From Rickettsiales bacterium (GTDB lineage: Bacteria; Pseudomonadota; Alphaproteobacteria; Rickettsiales; CANDYO01): 64,000 nucleotides of DNA. The stretch lies in contig JBASGW010000031.1 of assembly GCA_049653745.1 (NCBI GenBank), forward strand, positions 38,048 through 102,047. The letters run 5' to 3'. Numbering within the stretch: position 1 is the stretch's first letter; every line of letters begins with the position of its first letter. Positions 9,982-20,452 of this stretch are shown here, in pieces. A program made the position numbers and the translations under genes. The notes below the pieces were generated by a model that had not been told where the DNA came from, did not search any database, and saw nothing but the letters and a program-made list of their open reading frames with translations.

Positions 9982-11961
9982 CTAACCCAATAGAAGAAGC
10001 TTCTCTAATTCTTTTACTTCATCTCTAAGCTTAGCAGCCTTTTCAAATTCAAGATTGGAAGCTGCTTTTAGCATTTTACCAGATAACTCATTAATTTTAT
10101 GAGCTATCTTTTCTGGGGAAAGATTTTTTCCTATAGGTTCTATTAAATTATCTTGATTAACATTATAAAAATCAGATCTAATTGATTTTATTATAGTCGC
10201 AGGAGTAATATTGTTATCTATATTATATTGAATTTGAATTTGTCTTCTTCTTTCATTTTCGTTTAAAGCGCCTTGCATTGATTTAGTTATTTTGTCCGCA
10301 TAAAGAATCACTCGTCCATCAACATTTCTAGCGGCCCTACCTATAGTTTGAATAAGAGAAGTTTCAGACCTTAAAAAACCTTCCTTATCTGCATCTAAAA
10401 TAGCAACTAAACCACATTCTGGAATATCTAATCCTTCTCTCAGCAAATTAATACCAACTAATACATCAACCTCTCCTTTTCTAAGCTGCTGGATTATTTC
10501 TATTCGTTCCATAGTTTTTATATCTGAATGTAAATAAGCTGCCTTAATATCATGGTCAGTTAAATATTGTTGCAGATGTTCAGCCATTTTTTTAGTTAAA
10601 GTTATCGCTAAAGTTCTTAAGTTTTTCTCTTTTAGCGCTTTAATTTCAAATAATAAATCCTCAACTTGGGTTAAGACTGGCTTTATGGTGCACACAGGAT
10701 CAACTAACCCTGTTGGACGAATTAATTGCTCAACACATTGATTATTAGTTAGATTTAACTCAAACTTTCCTGGAGTGGCAGAAACAAAAACTGTTTGCTG
10801 TCTCATAGCTTCCCATTCTTCAAATTTAAGAGGCCTGTTATCCCTTGCTGAAGGCAAGCGGAACCCATACTCAATTAATGAATCTTTACGGGCTTTATCG
10901 CCATTATACATAGCGCCAATTTGAGGAACGGAGACATGGCTTTCATCAATAAATAAAAGTGAGTCTTTTGGGAAAAATTCAAATAAAGTTGGAGGCGGCA
11001 ATCCAGGCTCTCTACCTGTCATATAACGAGAATAATTTTCAATTCCTTTGCAACTTCCTGAAGCTTGCAACATTTCCACATCATACAATACTCTTTGCTT
11101 TATTCTATGAGCCTCTAAAGACGCGCCTTTACCATTTAATTCATCCACTCTTAAATCTAAATCATTTAAAATTTGAACAATTGCACCATCCACTATTTCT
11201 TTGCTAGAAATGAAATGACTATTAGGAAAGATGGTAACTTTATCTAATTTCTGATTTTTCTTTCCAGTAAGAGAATCAATTTCAACTATATCTTCAATTA
11301 AATTACCAAAAAATGACACTCTCCAAGCTTTGTCTGAATAATGTGAAGGAAATATATCTAAACTATCACCTCTAATTCTAAATTTTCCTCGACTAAACTC
11401 AATATCATTTTTTTCATAAAGCAATCTTATTAAATTTTGAGCAAACTCTGTGGTTGAAATTTTATCGCCAACATTAATCTGGTATGTAGAATTAGAATAA
11501 CTTTCAGGAGATCCTAATCCATAGATACAAGATACTGAGGCAACTATTATCACATCATTTCTTTCAAACAAAGCTCTTGTGGCTGAATGACGAAATTGAT
11601 CTATTTGCTCATTAATGGACGAATCTTTTTCAATATAAGTATCGGTCCTTGGAATATAAGCTTCTGGTTGGTAATAGTCATAATATGAAACAAAATATTC
11701 CACTGCATTATTAGGAAAAAAATCTTTCATTTCTTCATATAATTGAGCAGCTAACGTTTTGTTATGAGCCATTATTAAGGTGGGTCGTTGAAGTTTTTCA
11801 ATTATATTGGCCATAGTAAAAGTTTTACCTGAACCAGTAACCCCTAATAATATTTGGTTCTGTTTTTTTTGCCTTATCCCTTCAACTAACTGCTCAGTTG
11901 CATTTTTTTGTACTTGAGAAATTGAAAAATTAGAAGTGATTTTAAATTGGTTAGTAAGCAT
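9982..11961 (-). CDS. uvrB: Excinuclease ABC subunit B
   Basis: 659 aa with Walker [10 protein letters not shown], helicase motifs (DESH, ATPG) and the C-terminal UVR domain [16 protein letters not shown]. Confidence 0.95.
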   Translation of the reverse strand: MLTNQFKITSNFSISQVQKNATEQLVEGIRQKKQNQILLGVTGSGKTFTMANIIEKLQRPTLIMAHNKTLAAQLYEEMKDFFPNNAVEYFVSYYDYYQPEAYIPRTDTYIEKDSSINEQIDQFRHSATRALFERNDVIIVASVSCIYGLGSPESYSNSTYQINVGDKISTTEFAQNLIRLLYEKNDIEFSRGKFRIRGDSLDIFPSHYSDKAWRVSFFGNLIEDIVEIDSLTGKKNQKLDKVTIFPNSHFISSKEIVDGAIVQILNDLDLRVDELNGKGASLEAHRIKQRVLYDVEMLQASGSCKGIENYSRYMTGREPGLPPPTLFEFFPKDSLLFIDESHVSVPQIGAMYNGDKARKDSLIEYGFRLPSARDNRPLKFEEWEAMRQQTVFVSATPGKFELNLTNNQCVEQLIRPTGLVDPVCTIKPVLTQVEDLLFEIKALKEKNLRTLAITLTKKMAEHLQQYLTDHDIKAAYLHSDIKTMERIEIIQQLRKGEVDVLVGINLLREGLDIPECGLVAILDADKEGFLRSETSLIQTIGRAARNVDGRVILYADKITKSMQGALNENERRRQIQIQYNIDNNITPATIIKSIRSDFYNVNQDNLIEPIGKNLSPEKIAHKINELSGKMLKAASNLEFEKAAKLRDEVKELEKLLLLG

Positions 11962-12123
11962 AATATTATATATTTGTTTTTTGATAGATTAACATATTTT
12001 TGTTTATAATACTAGATTATTTAGGATTCCTTGATTAGCGCCAATTAAATGAAAACTTGACATTTTGGCTTATTTTTGTCATAAACAACAAATATTTAAA
12101 AGTCTTTTTTATCCTTGAGTCTT

Positions 12124-13968
12124 ATGCAAAATTCTTACGACGTAATTGTTATTGGCGGTGGCCACGCTGGCGTTGAAGCAGCTTCAGCAGCTTCTCGCTC
12201 TGGTGCAAAAACTTTACTCATCACTCTAAAAGAAGAAAATTTAGGAGAAATGTCTTGCAACCCTTCCATAGGTGGAGTTGCCAAAGGCATTATAGTTAAA
12301 GAAGTTGATGCTCTTGGTGGAGTAATGGCTAGAGCTATTGATATGTCTAGCATTCACTCCAAAATTTTAAATGAAAGCAAGGGAGCAGCCGTTCATGGAC
12401 CTAGAGCCCAAGCAGACCGAGTATTATATAAAAAAGCAGTAAACACTATTCTATCTGAAATAGATAATCTTGAAATTAAATTTGCTTCTGTTGAAGATAT
12501 TATCATTGAAAATGCAATAATTAAGGGAGTTGTATTAGAAGATGGATCAATAATTCACTCTAAGTCTGTGGTATTAACCACTGGAACTTTTTTAAATGGA
12601 ATTATTCATATTGGCCTACAAAAAACTCCAGCTGGAAGATATAACGAAAAACCATCTATCGGCTTAGCCAATACACTGAAAAAATTTGAATTTAAACTAG
12701 GTCGTTTAAAAACTGGCACTCCTGCTAGATTAGATGCGAACACTATCAACTGGAGCCAGCTTAGCATTCAGCCTGGAGATAATCCTCCTAAGCCTTTTTC
12801 CGCACTAACTGATAAAATAATGGTTCCTCAAATAAACTGCTATATAACTCACACTAATGAAAAAACTCATCAAATTATCAGAGACAACGCTCATCAATCT
12901 CCTATGTTTTTAGGAGAATTTGAAGGCAAAGGTCCACGTTATTGCCCTTCTATTGAAGATAAAATAACTAGATTTGCTCACAAAAATGCTCATCAAGTTT
13001 TTTTAGAGCCAGAAGGATTGGATACTAATTTCATTTATCCTAACGGCATCTCAACATCTTTACCTGAAGAAGCTCAATTAGAGTTTTTAAAAACTATTGT
13101 TGGATTAGAAAATGTTTCTGTGTTGCGTTATGGCTATGCCATTGAATATGATTATGTTCATCCTCATGAATTAAATCCAACATTAGAAACAAAAAAAATT
13201 AGTGGTTTATTTTTAGCTGGTCAAATAAATGGCACCACAGGTTATGAAGAAGCTGCCGGACAAGGTGTAATTGCTGGCATCAATGCGGCATCAAAAGAAA
13301 GTTTTGTTCTTGATCGCTCTCAAGCTTATATTGGGGTTATGATTGACGATCTAATTACTTTTGGAGTTATAGAGCCTTACCGAGTGCTTACCTCAAGAGC
13401 TGAATATAGATTATCTCTACGCGCAGATAATGCAGATTTAAGACTCTCACCCTTAGCAATTGAGCGCAAAATCCTATCAGAAAAACAAGTTCAAATTTAT
13501 GAATCTAAAATTAAAACCTTAGATGAAAGTCGCGCTCTTTTAAATGAACTGTCAATCACTCCAAATAAACTCACTTCTTATGATATAAATATTTCTCAAG
13601 ATGGCGTTAAAAAAACTGCATTTAGACTTTTGGCCTATCCTAACATTGAATTTAGTCAATTAGTTAAAGTTTGGCCAGAGCTAGATCAACTCTCTTCTGA
13701 AGTAAAATCTATTTTATCTACTGAAGCAAAATATCAGTTTTATTTAATTAGGCAGGGAGAAGACATTAAACTTTTCAAGCAATATGAAAATCTTGTTATT
13801 CCTGAAAAATTTAATTACAAATCTATTGAAAGTCTATCTAATGAAGTAAAAGAAAAATTAGAACTAAGCAAACCAATTAATATTGGGGCCGCGAGTAGAA
13901 TTCCAGGAGTGACCCCTGCTGCTATAATTTCATTAATAGTTTATTTGAAAAAAGAATATGACTTATAA
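12124..13968 (+). CDS. mnmG: tRNA uridine 5-carboxymethylaminomethyl modification enzyme
   Basis: [16 protein letters not shown] is the FAD-binding N-terminus, and similarity to GidA/MnmG runs the full length. The ATG at 12124 is preferred over the upstream TTG at 12115. Confidence 0.93.
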   Translation: MQNSYDVIVIGGGHAGVEAASAASRSGAKTLLITLKEENLGEMSCNPSIGGVAKGIIVKEVDALGGVMARAIDMSSIHSKILNESKGAAVHGPRAQADRVLYKKAVNTILSEIDNLEIKFASVEDIIIENAIIKGVVLEDGSIIHSKSVVLTTGTFLNGIIHIGLQKTPAGRYNEKPSIGLANTLKKFEFKLGRLKTGTPARLDANTINWSQLSIQPGDNPPKPFSALTDKIMVPQINCYITHTNEKTHQIIRDNAHQSPMFLGEFEGKGPRYCPSIEDKITRFAHKNAHQVFLEPEGLDTNFIYPNGISTSLPEEAQLEFLKTIVGLENVSVLRYGYAIEYDYVHPHELNPTLETKKISGLFLAGQINGTTGYEEAAGQGVIAGINAASKESFVLDRSQAYIGVMIDDLITFGVIEPYRVLTSRAEYRLSLRADNADLRLSPLAIERKILSEKQVQIYESKIKTLDESRALLNELSITPNKLTSYDINISQDGVKKTAFRLLAYPNIEFSQLVKVWPELDQLSSEVKSILSTEAKYQFYLIRQGEDIKLFKQYENLVIPEKFNYKSIESLSNEVKEKLELSKPINIGAASRIPGVTPAAIISLIVYLKKEYDL

Positions 13969-14542
13969 AGATTATAATGTTCCACGTGGAACAATCGAAA
14001 AATATATTGAATTATTGAAACTCTGGAATAAAAAAATAAATTTAGTTTCTTATATAGATGAAGAAGAGTTAATTAATAGACATATACTTGATTCCTTGCA
14101 GCTTATTAATTTGATAAAAAAAGAGGATGTGCTCTTTGATTTAGGTAGTGGCGCAGGCTTTCCAGGATTAATGCTTTCTTATGCTGGAGTTAAAGAAGTT
14201 CATCTAGTAGAAAAAATAACAAAAAAAGCTAGTTTTTTAATAAGCGCCTCTTCTCTTTCAGAGAATAAAGTTATAGTTCATAATGATTCAATAGAAGATA
14301 TTAAACCCGAATATTGCGACATAATAACCTCTAGAGCCCTAGCATCTCTTGAATCAATCTTTGATTTAAGCAAAAATCTTGCTAAAGAAAATACTAAATA
14401 TATTTTGCTAAAAGGAAGAAATGTTGAAGAAGAGTTAAAAAAAGCTTTAGAGAAATGGAATTTTAAGTATATAATATATCCAAGCAAAACATCACCAGAT
14501 GGTTCTATTCTTGAGATAAGTCAATTAATAAAAAATGAATAA
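13958..14542 (+). CDS. rsmG: 16S rRNA (guanine527-N7)-methyltransferase
   Basis: 194 aa. The [14 protein letters not shown]-binding motif and the position between mnmG and parA are both typical of gidB. Confidence 0.88.
   Translation: MTYKDYNVPRGTIEKYIELLKLWNKKINLVSYIDEEELINRHILDSLQLINLIKKEDVLFDLGSGAGFPGLMLSYAGVKEVHLVEKITKKASFLISASSLSENKVIVHNDSIEDIKPEYCDIITSRALASLESIFDLSKNLAKENTKYILLKGRNVEEELKKALEKWNFKYIIYPSKTSPDGSILEISQLIKNE
13978..13993. promoter_or_regulatory. parS-like centromere site (perfect 16-bp palindrome TGTTCCACGTGGAACA)
   Basis: Read directly from the sequence. It matches the parS consensus TGTTnCACGTGAAACA except for one symmetric pair of substitutions. It lies inside the 5' end of rsmG, ~0.55 kb upstream of parA-parB. 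Confidence 0.7.
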
Positions 14543-15323
14543 CCAAGCAAAAATCATTGCAGTTGTAAATCAAAAGGGTGGAGTTGGCAAAACTACTACT
14601 TCAATAAATCTAGCTACAGCGATGGCAGCTATTGATAAAAAGGTGCTGCTTATTGATTTGGACCCTCAAGGAAATGCTAGCACTGGCGTTGGATTTCCTA
14701 TGAACGCCAGAAATTTAACTACTTACGATTTGTTAACTTTGCAAACTCCTATCGAAAAAATTATCAAGAAAACAGCTATACCTAACCTTGATGTTATTGT
14801 AGCTACCGTTGATTTATCAGGAGCTGAATTAGAGTTAATTAATAGAAAAGAACGAGAATATATTTTAAAGCTCAGAACTAATCCTATAATTTATAATTAT
14901 GATTATATATTTATTGACTGCCCTCCGTCTTTAAGCATCTTAACCATAAATGCTTTAGTAATGTCTAATTCTGTTTTAATTCCACTACAATGTGAATTTT
15001 TTGCTCTAGAAGGCTTAAGTCACCTTCTTAAAACAATCAATTTGGTTCAAAAGAGACTAAACCCAGATTTGACTATAGATGGCGTTTTATTAACTATGTA
15101 TGATCGTAGATATAACTTAACTACTCAAGTTGAAGATGATGTCCGCAATAACTTAGGAAGCTTGGTATTTAACACTGTAATTCCTAGAAATGTTAGAATA
15201 TCTGAAGCACCTTCTCATGGAAAGCCCATAATGTTATATGATACTAAATGCGCAGGATCTCTAGCCTATATTGAATTAGTCAAAGAATTTTTAGTAAGAT
15301 CACAGAGGAGAAAATCCATATGA
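14535..15323 (+). CDS. parA: Chromosome partitioning ATPase ParA/Soj
   Basis: Deviant Walker A NQKGGVGKTTT. Typical ParA length and motifs (DLDPQGNAS, DCPPSL). Confidence 0.92.
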   Translation: MNNQAKIIAVVNQKGGVGKTTTSINLATAMAAIDKKVLLIDLDPQGNASTGVGFPMNARNLTTYDLLTLQTPIEKIIKKTAIPNLDVIVATVDLSGAELELINRKEREYILKLRTNPIIYNYDYIFIDCPPSLSILTINALVMSNSVLIPLQCEFFALEGLSHLLKTINLVQKRLNPDLTIDGVLLTMYDRRYNLTTQVEDDVRNNLGSLVFNTVIPRNVRISEAPSHGKPIMLYDTKCAGSLAYIELVKEFLVRSQRRKSI

Positions 15324-16207
15324 ATAAATCAAGAGGATTAGGAAGAGGGCTATCGGCTCTGTTAGGAGAAAATATTGAGCTTGAAAGGCAAAATGAAACT
15401 GGGTTTATCAATTTATTCATAAATGATATCGAAGCTAACCCTAATCAACCAAGGACTATTTTTAACTCAGAAAATTTAGAAGAACTTGAAGATTCTATAA
15501 GCTTAAATGGAGTGCTACAACCCATATTAGTTAGGCCGATAAGAGATAATAAATATCAAATTATTGCTGGGGAAAGAAGATGGAGAGCTGTTAAAAAACT
15601 TGGATTAGCTGAAATTCCAGCCATTATAAAAAATATTTCTGATAAAGAAACTCTTGAATTAGCTATAATAGAAAATATTCAAAGAGCTAATTTAAACCCT
15701 CTTGAAGAAGCTCAAAGCTATCAGAAACTTATAAGCGAGTATCAATATACCCAAGAGAAAGTTGCTCAAATTGTTAGTAAAAGTAGAAGCCATATAGCAA
15801 ATTTATTACGCTTGCTTAATCTACCAAAGGCAATTAAAGAATATCTAAAAGAAGAACTACTCAGCTTAGGACACGCAAAATTATTAGCCAATAACAGCCA
15901 CAACAACGAAGAACTAGCAGAACTAGTTGTAAAATCCAAATTAAGCGTGAGAGACTTAGAAAACTTAATTAAAAAAAATAATTCCTCTTCTAATTCTCCT
16001 AAAACTAATAAAGAAGAAAATAATAATAAGATAAAATTATCAATTCAAGATGAAGATCAAAAAATTGTTGAGAATCTTTTAAGTAGTCAATTAAACATGC
16101 CTGTTAAAATTGAACCTCTTGCTCATGGGGGGGGAAGAGTGGTTATAAATTATGTTAGTCTAGATGAATTAGATGATCTTTTACATAAACTAAATAGTTA
16201 TTATTGA
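15320..16207 (+). CDS. parB: Chromosome partitioning protein ParB/Spo0J
   Basis: ParB box QPRTIF and GERRWRA, with the HTH region YTQEKVAQIVSKSRSHIAN. Translationally coupled to parA by a 4-nt overlap. Confidence 0.92.
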   Translation: MNKSRGLGRGLSALLGENIELERQNETGFINLFINDIEANPNQPRTIFNSENLEELEDSISLNGVLQPILVRPIRDNKYQIIAGERRWRAVKKLGLAEIPAIIKNISDKETLELAIIENIQRANLNPLEEAQSYQKLISEYQYTQEKVAQIVSKSRSHIANLLRLLNLPKAIKEYLKEELLSLGHAKLLANNSHNNEELAELVVKSKLSVRDLENLIKKNNSSSNSPKTNKEENNNKIKLSIQDEDQKIVENLLSSQLNMPVKIEPLAHGGGRVVINYVSLDELDDLLHKLNSYY

Positions 16208-17187
16208 TTAACTTGCTGCAACCATTGATCTATTTTAGGCAAAATATTTTCACAAGCTGTTTTACTAACAACTAATCCGATATGCCCTGTTTTTCCAACA
16301 ATAATTTCCTTGTTAGTTAAATTGTAAAGTGGTGAAGAAGAAATAATAGGCACTATATTATCTTCACTAGCATTTACTATTAGAGTGGGCGTCTTTATAT
16401 CAGCTAAAGAAATCCCTAAAACATCACTCGAACTTGATAAATCTTGATTAATTAGCTCTAAACACTCTAGAGCAAAAGGTTTAGTTAAACTGATTCCATC
16501 GTTAATCCATTGTTCTATTTTTAAAAATCTATCAATCTCTTTCGGGTCTTTACTACTAGAAAATTGACAAAATTTATTCCAAATTTTACCAGGGCTAAGA
16601 AAGCTAAAAAATAATTGAATTAAAAAAGCTGGAACTCGATCAAAAGTCTCTAGCATTAGTTTGAAATTTGTTAATGTTAGAGGATTATCTAAACCAAATA
16701 GCTTCTTAAAATGAGAAAAATCCCAGGGAGTTGCTATCAAAACTTGACCAACAATATTTAAGTTACTAGCTTTGGTTAACGCACAAGAGAATAAACCTCC
16801 CAAGCAATATCCCACTGTAATTACTTTGTTTTGTTTACAAACTTCTGCTAATCCTTTTGCTATTCTTTCTTTAAAATCAACAAAATTCATCATTAATTCT
16901 TCATTTTTGGGCTCAATAAAATCTACCAAATATACCTTGTAGCCAAGATTAGCATAATAGCGAACTATACTAGTTTCCTCATCAAGATCTAAAATATAGG
17001 ATTTATTAATTAAAGAAGGTATAAAAAAAAGACATAACGAGTTAGGCTTAAACTTTGTTGTATATTCTAAAATACGGGTAGACCCTTCTTGCCAAACAAC
17101 GATAGCATCATTGTTTTTTCGACTAAAATTCTCGTAAAAAAAATTAACACCCTTAAGAAACTTATGTATATTTTCTAAATTATTCAT
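16201..17187 (-). CDS. Alpha/beta-hydrolase, PHA-synthase (PhaC class III)-like
   Basis: 328 aa with a lipase-box variant carrying Cys (GYCLGG), as in polyhydroxyalkanoate synthases. The late GKTGHIGL fits the catalytic His region. Confidence 0.5.
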   Translation of the reverse strand: MNNLENIHKFLKGVNFFYENFSRKNNDAIVVWQEGSTRILEYTTKFKPNSLCLFFIPSLINKSYILDLDEETSIVRYYANLGYKVYLVDFIEPKNEELMMNFVDFKERIAKGLAEVCKQNKVITVGYCLGGLFSCALTKASNLNIVGQVLIATPWDFSHFKKLFGLDNPLTLTNFKLMLETFDRVPAFLIQLFFSFLSPGKIWNKFCQFSSSKDPKEIDRFLKIEQWINDGISLTKPFALECLELINQDLSSSSDVLGISLADIKTPTLIVNASEDNIVPIISSSPLYNLTNKEIIVGKTGHIGLVVSKTACENILPKIDQWLQQVNQ

Positions 17188-17193
17188 GATTAA

Positions 17194-19803
17194 TTATGTC
17201 AATTTCTTAAGTTGATATAACTTCTCCAAGGCCTCTTTAGGAGATAATTCGTCAATATCTAGGTTATTTATGAAGTCTATAACAGGGTGATGATGTTTTT
17301 CATCACTGCTTTGGAAATCTAGATTTATTGCATAATTATGTTCTTTTTCTAAATTTTCTAGAACCGCCTTAGCCCTGCAAATAACTTGCTTAGGCAAGCC
17401 AGCCATTTCAGCCACATGAATTCCATAAGATTTATCAGCAACTCCAGAAATAACTTTATGAAGAAAAATTACCTTATTTTGCCATTCTTTAATTTGCATA
17501 GTATAGCATACTAAAGAAGCAAGCTGACTCTTTAAAGCTGTTAACTCGTGATAATGTGTGGCGAATAATGCTCTTGATTTTAGCTTATTATGAATAAATT
17601 CTAAACATGCTGAAGCGATAGAAACTCCATCATATGTAGAGGTTCCTCGGCCAATTTCATCTAAAATTATTAAAGACCTAGCTGTGGCATTATTAAGAAT
17701 ATTTGCTGTTTCTACCATCTCCACCATAAAAGTTGAACGCCCTCTAGCTAAATCATCAGCAGCACCAACTCTACTAAAAATTTTATCAACCACCCCAAAA
17801 GAGGCTGATTTAGAAGGAACATAGCATCCTATCTGTGCTAAGATAACAATTAATGCATTCTGCCTTAGAAAGGTGCTCTTACCTGCCATATTGGGCCCAG
17901 TAATAAGCCATAAATTTTGCTCATCTTGAAAATGGCAATCATTAGCAACAAATTCTTGTTTTTGTTTTCTTAAAGCATTTTCAATAACTGGATGCCTTCC
18001 CAAAATAATATTAAAATTACAGCTATTATCTAAATTAGGTCTAACATAAGAATTTTTAGAAGCAAGATAAGCAAAATTACAAGCAACATCAATCACTGCT
18101 ATAGAGCTAGCAAATAAAAGTAACATGTCAGCTTTATTCAAAACATTTTCAACTAATTGAGTATAAAGATGTAACTCCAACTTAATAATATTATCAGAAA
18201 CATTTAACAACTCTCCCTCTAAGCTACGTAACTCCATGGTAGTATATCTTACAGAGTTTGCTAAAGTTTGCCGATGAATAAAAATATCTTCTTTTATTTT
18301 AGATACATGTTGAGGAGTGATATCAATAAAATATCCTAAAACATTATTATGGTTTATTTTTAATGAGTTAATTCCGCTCTCTTTAATATATTTTTGTTTT
18401 AAAGCTTGTATCTGATTTTGGCCATTATCTTTAAGTTCATATAGCTGATCAAGCCTTGCGTTATATTCAGGTTTTATAAAGCCACCATCACGCGCAAGCA
18501 TTGGCAATTCATTAGCTAATGCTTCTTCTAATTGATTAGATAAATCATCAAAATTGATCAGATTATCTAAATGATTTTTTAGATTTATATTTATTTCACC
18601 TTCAAAATAGGCAAAAATATTACTAATTAAATTTGCCGTGGCTAAGCTTTGTTTTATAATTTGTAAATCTCTAGGTCCACCTCGATTAAACCCTAACCTA
18701 GATAAAGCCCTTTCTACATCTCCCATTTGCATAAGTAGAGAGGTTAACTCTTCTAATAAAGATGAATTATTTAGAAAAAATTCAACTAAATCTAGGCGAT
18801 TATTAATTGCTTCAACATCTATTAAAGGATTAGCTAGATACTGATTAAGCAGCCTAGAGCCTGAAGCTGTTTTTGTTTGATTTATTAAATCAAACAAACT
18901 ACCTGTTCGCTCTCCGCTAGTGGTAACATTTATTTCTAAATTCCTGCGAGTGGCAGCATCTATAGTCATAAAAAGTGAAACATCTAGTTTTTTAGGATAA
19001 TTTATTCTAAGATTATTAACTTTTTGGGTTAACTCTACATATTCTAAAATTGCTCCACAGGCTATTAAACTGGCTGATGAACTTATATCAAAAGATTCAC
19101 TGCTAATCACATTATAGTAATGTTTAATTTTATGTTCTGCTTTATTATAATCAAAAAGATTATTGGCTTGGATAGTTAATATCCTTCTATAATCAATTAG
19201 GGCTGCATTCATTTCATTATTTTGGTAAGCTTTATCACTAATAAGTATTTCTTTAGGAGAAATTCTAGCCAAGTCATTACTTAGTGAAATTAAGCTACTC
19301 TTACAGAAATAAAATTCACCTGTAGATATATCCGCCCAAGATAATGCTATTTCTTCTTTAAAATTTGCTATAGCTAAGAGAAAATTAGAAGAATTATTTT
19401 TAAGTAAATTCTCTTCAGTTAGAGTTCCAGGAGTGATTATTCTAATAACTTCTCTTCTAACAACCTCCTTATAACCCCTTTTTTTAGCTTCTTCTGGCTT
19501 TTCCATTTGCTCACAAATGGCAACTTTATTTCCTTTCTCAATTAACTTTTCAACATAAGAGTCACTACTATGGAATGGAATTCCGCACATTGGAATATCT
19601 GCACCTAAGTGCTGACCTCTTTTAGTTAAGGCAATACCTAAAATGGGCGCTGCAACCACAGCATCTTCAAAAAACATTTCATAAAAATCACCCATCCGAT
19701 AAAATAAAATACTATCTTGATGCTGCATTTTTACATCAAGATATTGTTTCATCATGGGGGTTAAGTTATTGGTATTTGCAAAAGGAAAACTCTGTTGAGT
19801 CAT
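17194..19803 (-). CDS. mutS: DNA mismatch repair protein MutS
   Basis: 869 aa with N-terminal TPMMKQYLDVK..FYRMGDFYEMF, Walker A GPNMAGKST and DEIGRGTSTYDG. Confidence 0.95.
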   Translation of the reverse strand: MTQQSFPFANTNNLTPMMKQYLDVKMQHQDSILFYRMGDFYEMFFEDAVVAAPILGIALTKRGQHLGADIPMCGIPFHSSDSYVEKLIEKGNKVAICEQMEKPEEAKKRGYKEVVRREVIRIITPGTLTEENLLKNNSSNFLLAIANFKEEIALSWADISTGEFYFCKSSLISLSNDLARISPKEILISDKAYQNNEMNAALIDYRRILTIQANNLFDYNKAEHKIKHYYNVISSESFDISSSASLIACGAILEYVELTQKVNNLRINYPKKLDVSLFMTIDAATRRNLEINVTTSGERTGSLFDLINQTKTASGSRLLNQYLANPLIDVEAINNRLDLVEFFLNNSSLLEELTSLLMQMGDVERALSRLGFNRGGPRDLQIIKQSLATANLISNIFAYFEGEININLKNHLDNLINFDDLSNQLEEALANELPMLARDGGFIKPEYNARLDQLYELKDNGQNQIQALKQKYIKESGINSLKINHNNVLGYFIDITPQHVSKIKEDIFIHRQTLANSVRYTTMELRSLEGELLNVSDNIIKLELHLYTQLVENVLNKADMLLLFASSIAVIDVACNFAYLASKNSYVRPNLDNSCNFNIILGRHPVIENALRKQKQEFVANDCHFQDEQNLWLITGPNMAGKSTFLRQNALIVILAQIGCYVPSKSASFGVVDKIFSRVGAADDLARGRSTFMVEMVETANILNNATARSLIILDEIGRGTSTYDGVSIASACLEFIHNKLKSRALFATHYHELTALKSQLASLVCYTMQIKEWQNKVIFLHKVISGVADKSYGIHVAEMAGLPKQVICRAKAVLENLEKEHNYAINLDFQSSDEKHHHPVIDFINNLDIDELSPKEALEKLYQLKKLT

Positions 19804-19816
19804 AATAATATAATCT

Positions 19817-20452
19817 TTATATTTTTTTGATAAAATCAGGCTCGCGTATATATAATGGTATTAAATCATGATATTGTTTTTTTTGCCAATAAAATTCAGT
19901 AGCCTTACTTAAAAGTTCTGCATTTACATTAACTATATATTGATCAAGAGACGAGTCTTCCTTTGTTAACAAGGCTATTCCATCACCAATTAATAAAGCA
20001 TCATCAGATAGCTTTAAATCATCAATATTCACTAAACTAGGTTCAGCTATTATTTCTAAATTTTTACTAAATTTTTGTTGGTAAACTTGATCACGCCTTG
20101 CATTGAGAAGAACTTCTATTGGTTGCTTTAAATTTTCTTGATAACGCTGCCACGCTAAAACTTGAAAATTAGTAAGAGCTATTATTCTAAGTTTACTTGC
20201 TATTTGTAACCCTAATGCTGCAGCTAATCCTATTCTAACTCCTGTAAAACTACCAGGTCCATTAGTAACACTAATAAGATCAATTTCTTCTATCTTAAGC
20301 TTAGCTTCTTTTAATGACTCATCAATTAGAGAAAAAAGCTTTTCCGCTTGTTGTGAAGATTCTTTGGTACTATTATGAGATAATAATTTATTATCACTTA
20401 AAATTGCTGCTGAGGCTAGGCTATTACTAGTGTCAAAAGATAGGATTTTCAT
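19817..20452 (-). CDS. tsaB: tRNA t6A biosynthesis protein TsaB (YeaZ)
   Basis: MKILSFDTS..ASAAI N-terminus and the GPGSFTGVRIG motif. Confidence 0.85.
   Translation of the reverse strand: MKILSFDTSNSLASAAILSDNKLLSHNSTKESSQQAEKLFSLIDESLKEAKLKIEEIDLISVTNGPGSFTGVRIGLAAALGLQIASKLRIIALTNFQVLAWQRYQENLKQPIEVLLNARRDQVYQQKFSKNLEIIAEPSLVNIDDLKLSDDALLIGDGIALLTKEDSSLDQYIVNVNAELLSKATEFYWQKKQYHDLIPLYIREPDFIKKI

Noticed and set aside
12057-12085. Sigma-70-like promoter upstream of mnmG (TTGACA, 17 nt spacer, CATAAA)
   Set aside because: The -35 hexamer is perfect, but the -10 is poor. In DNA this AT-rich such matches arise by chance, so it is not reported as a feature.
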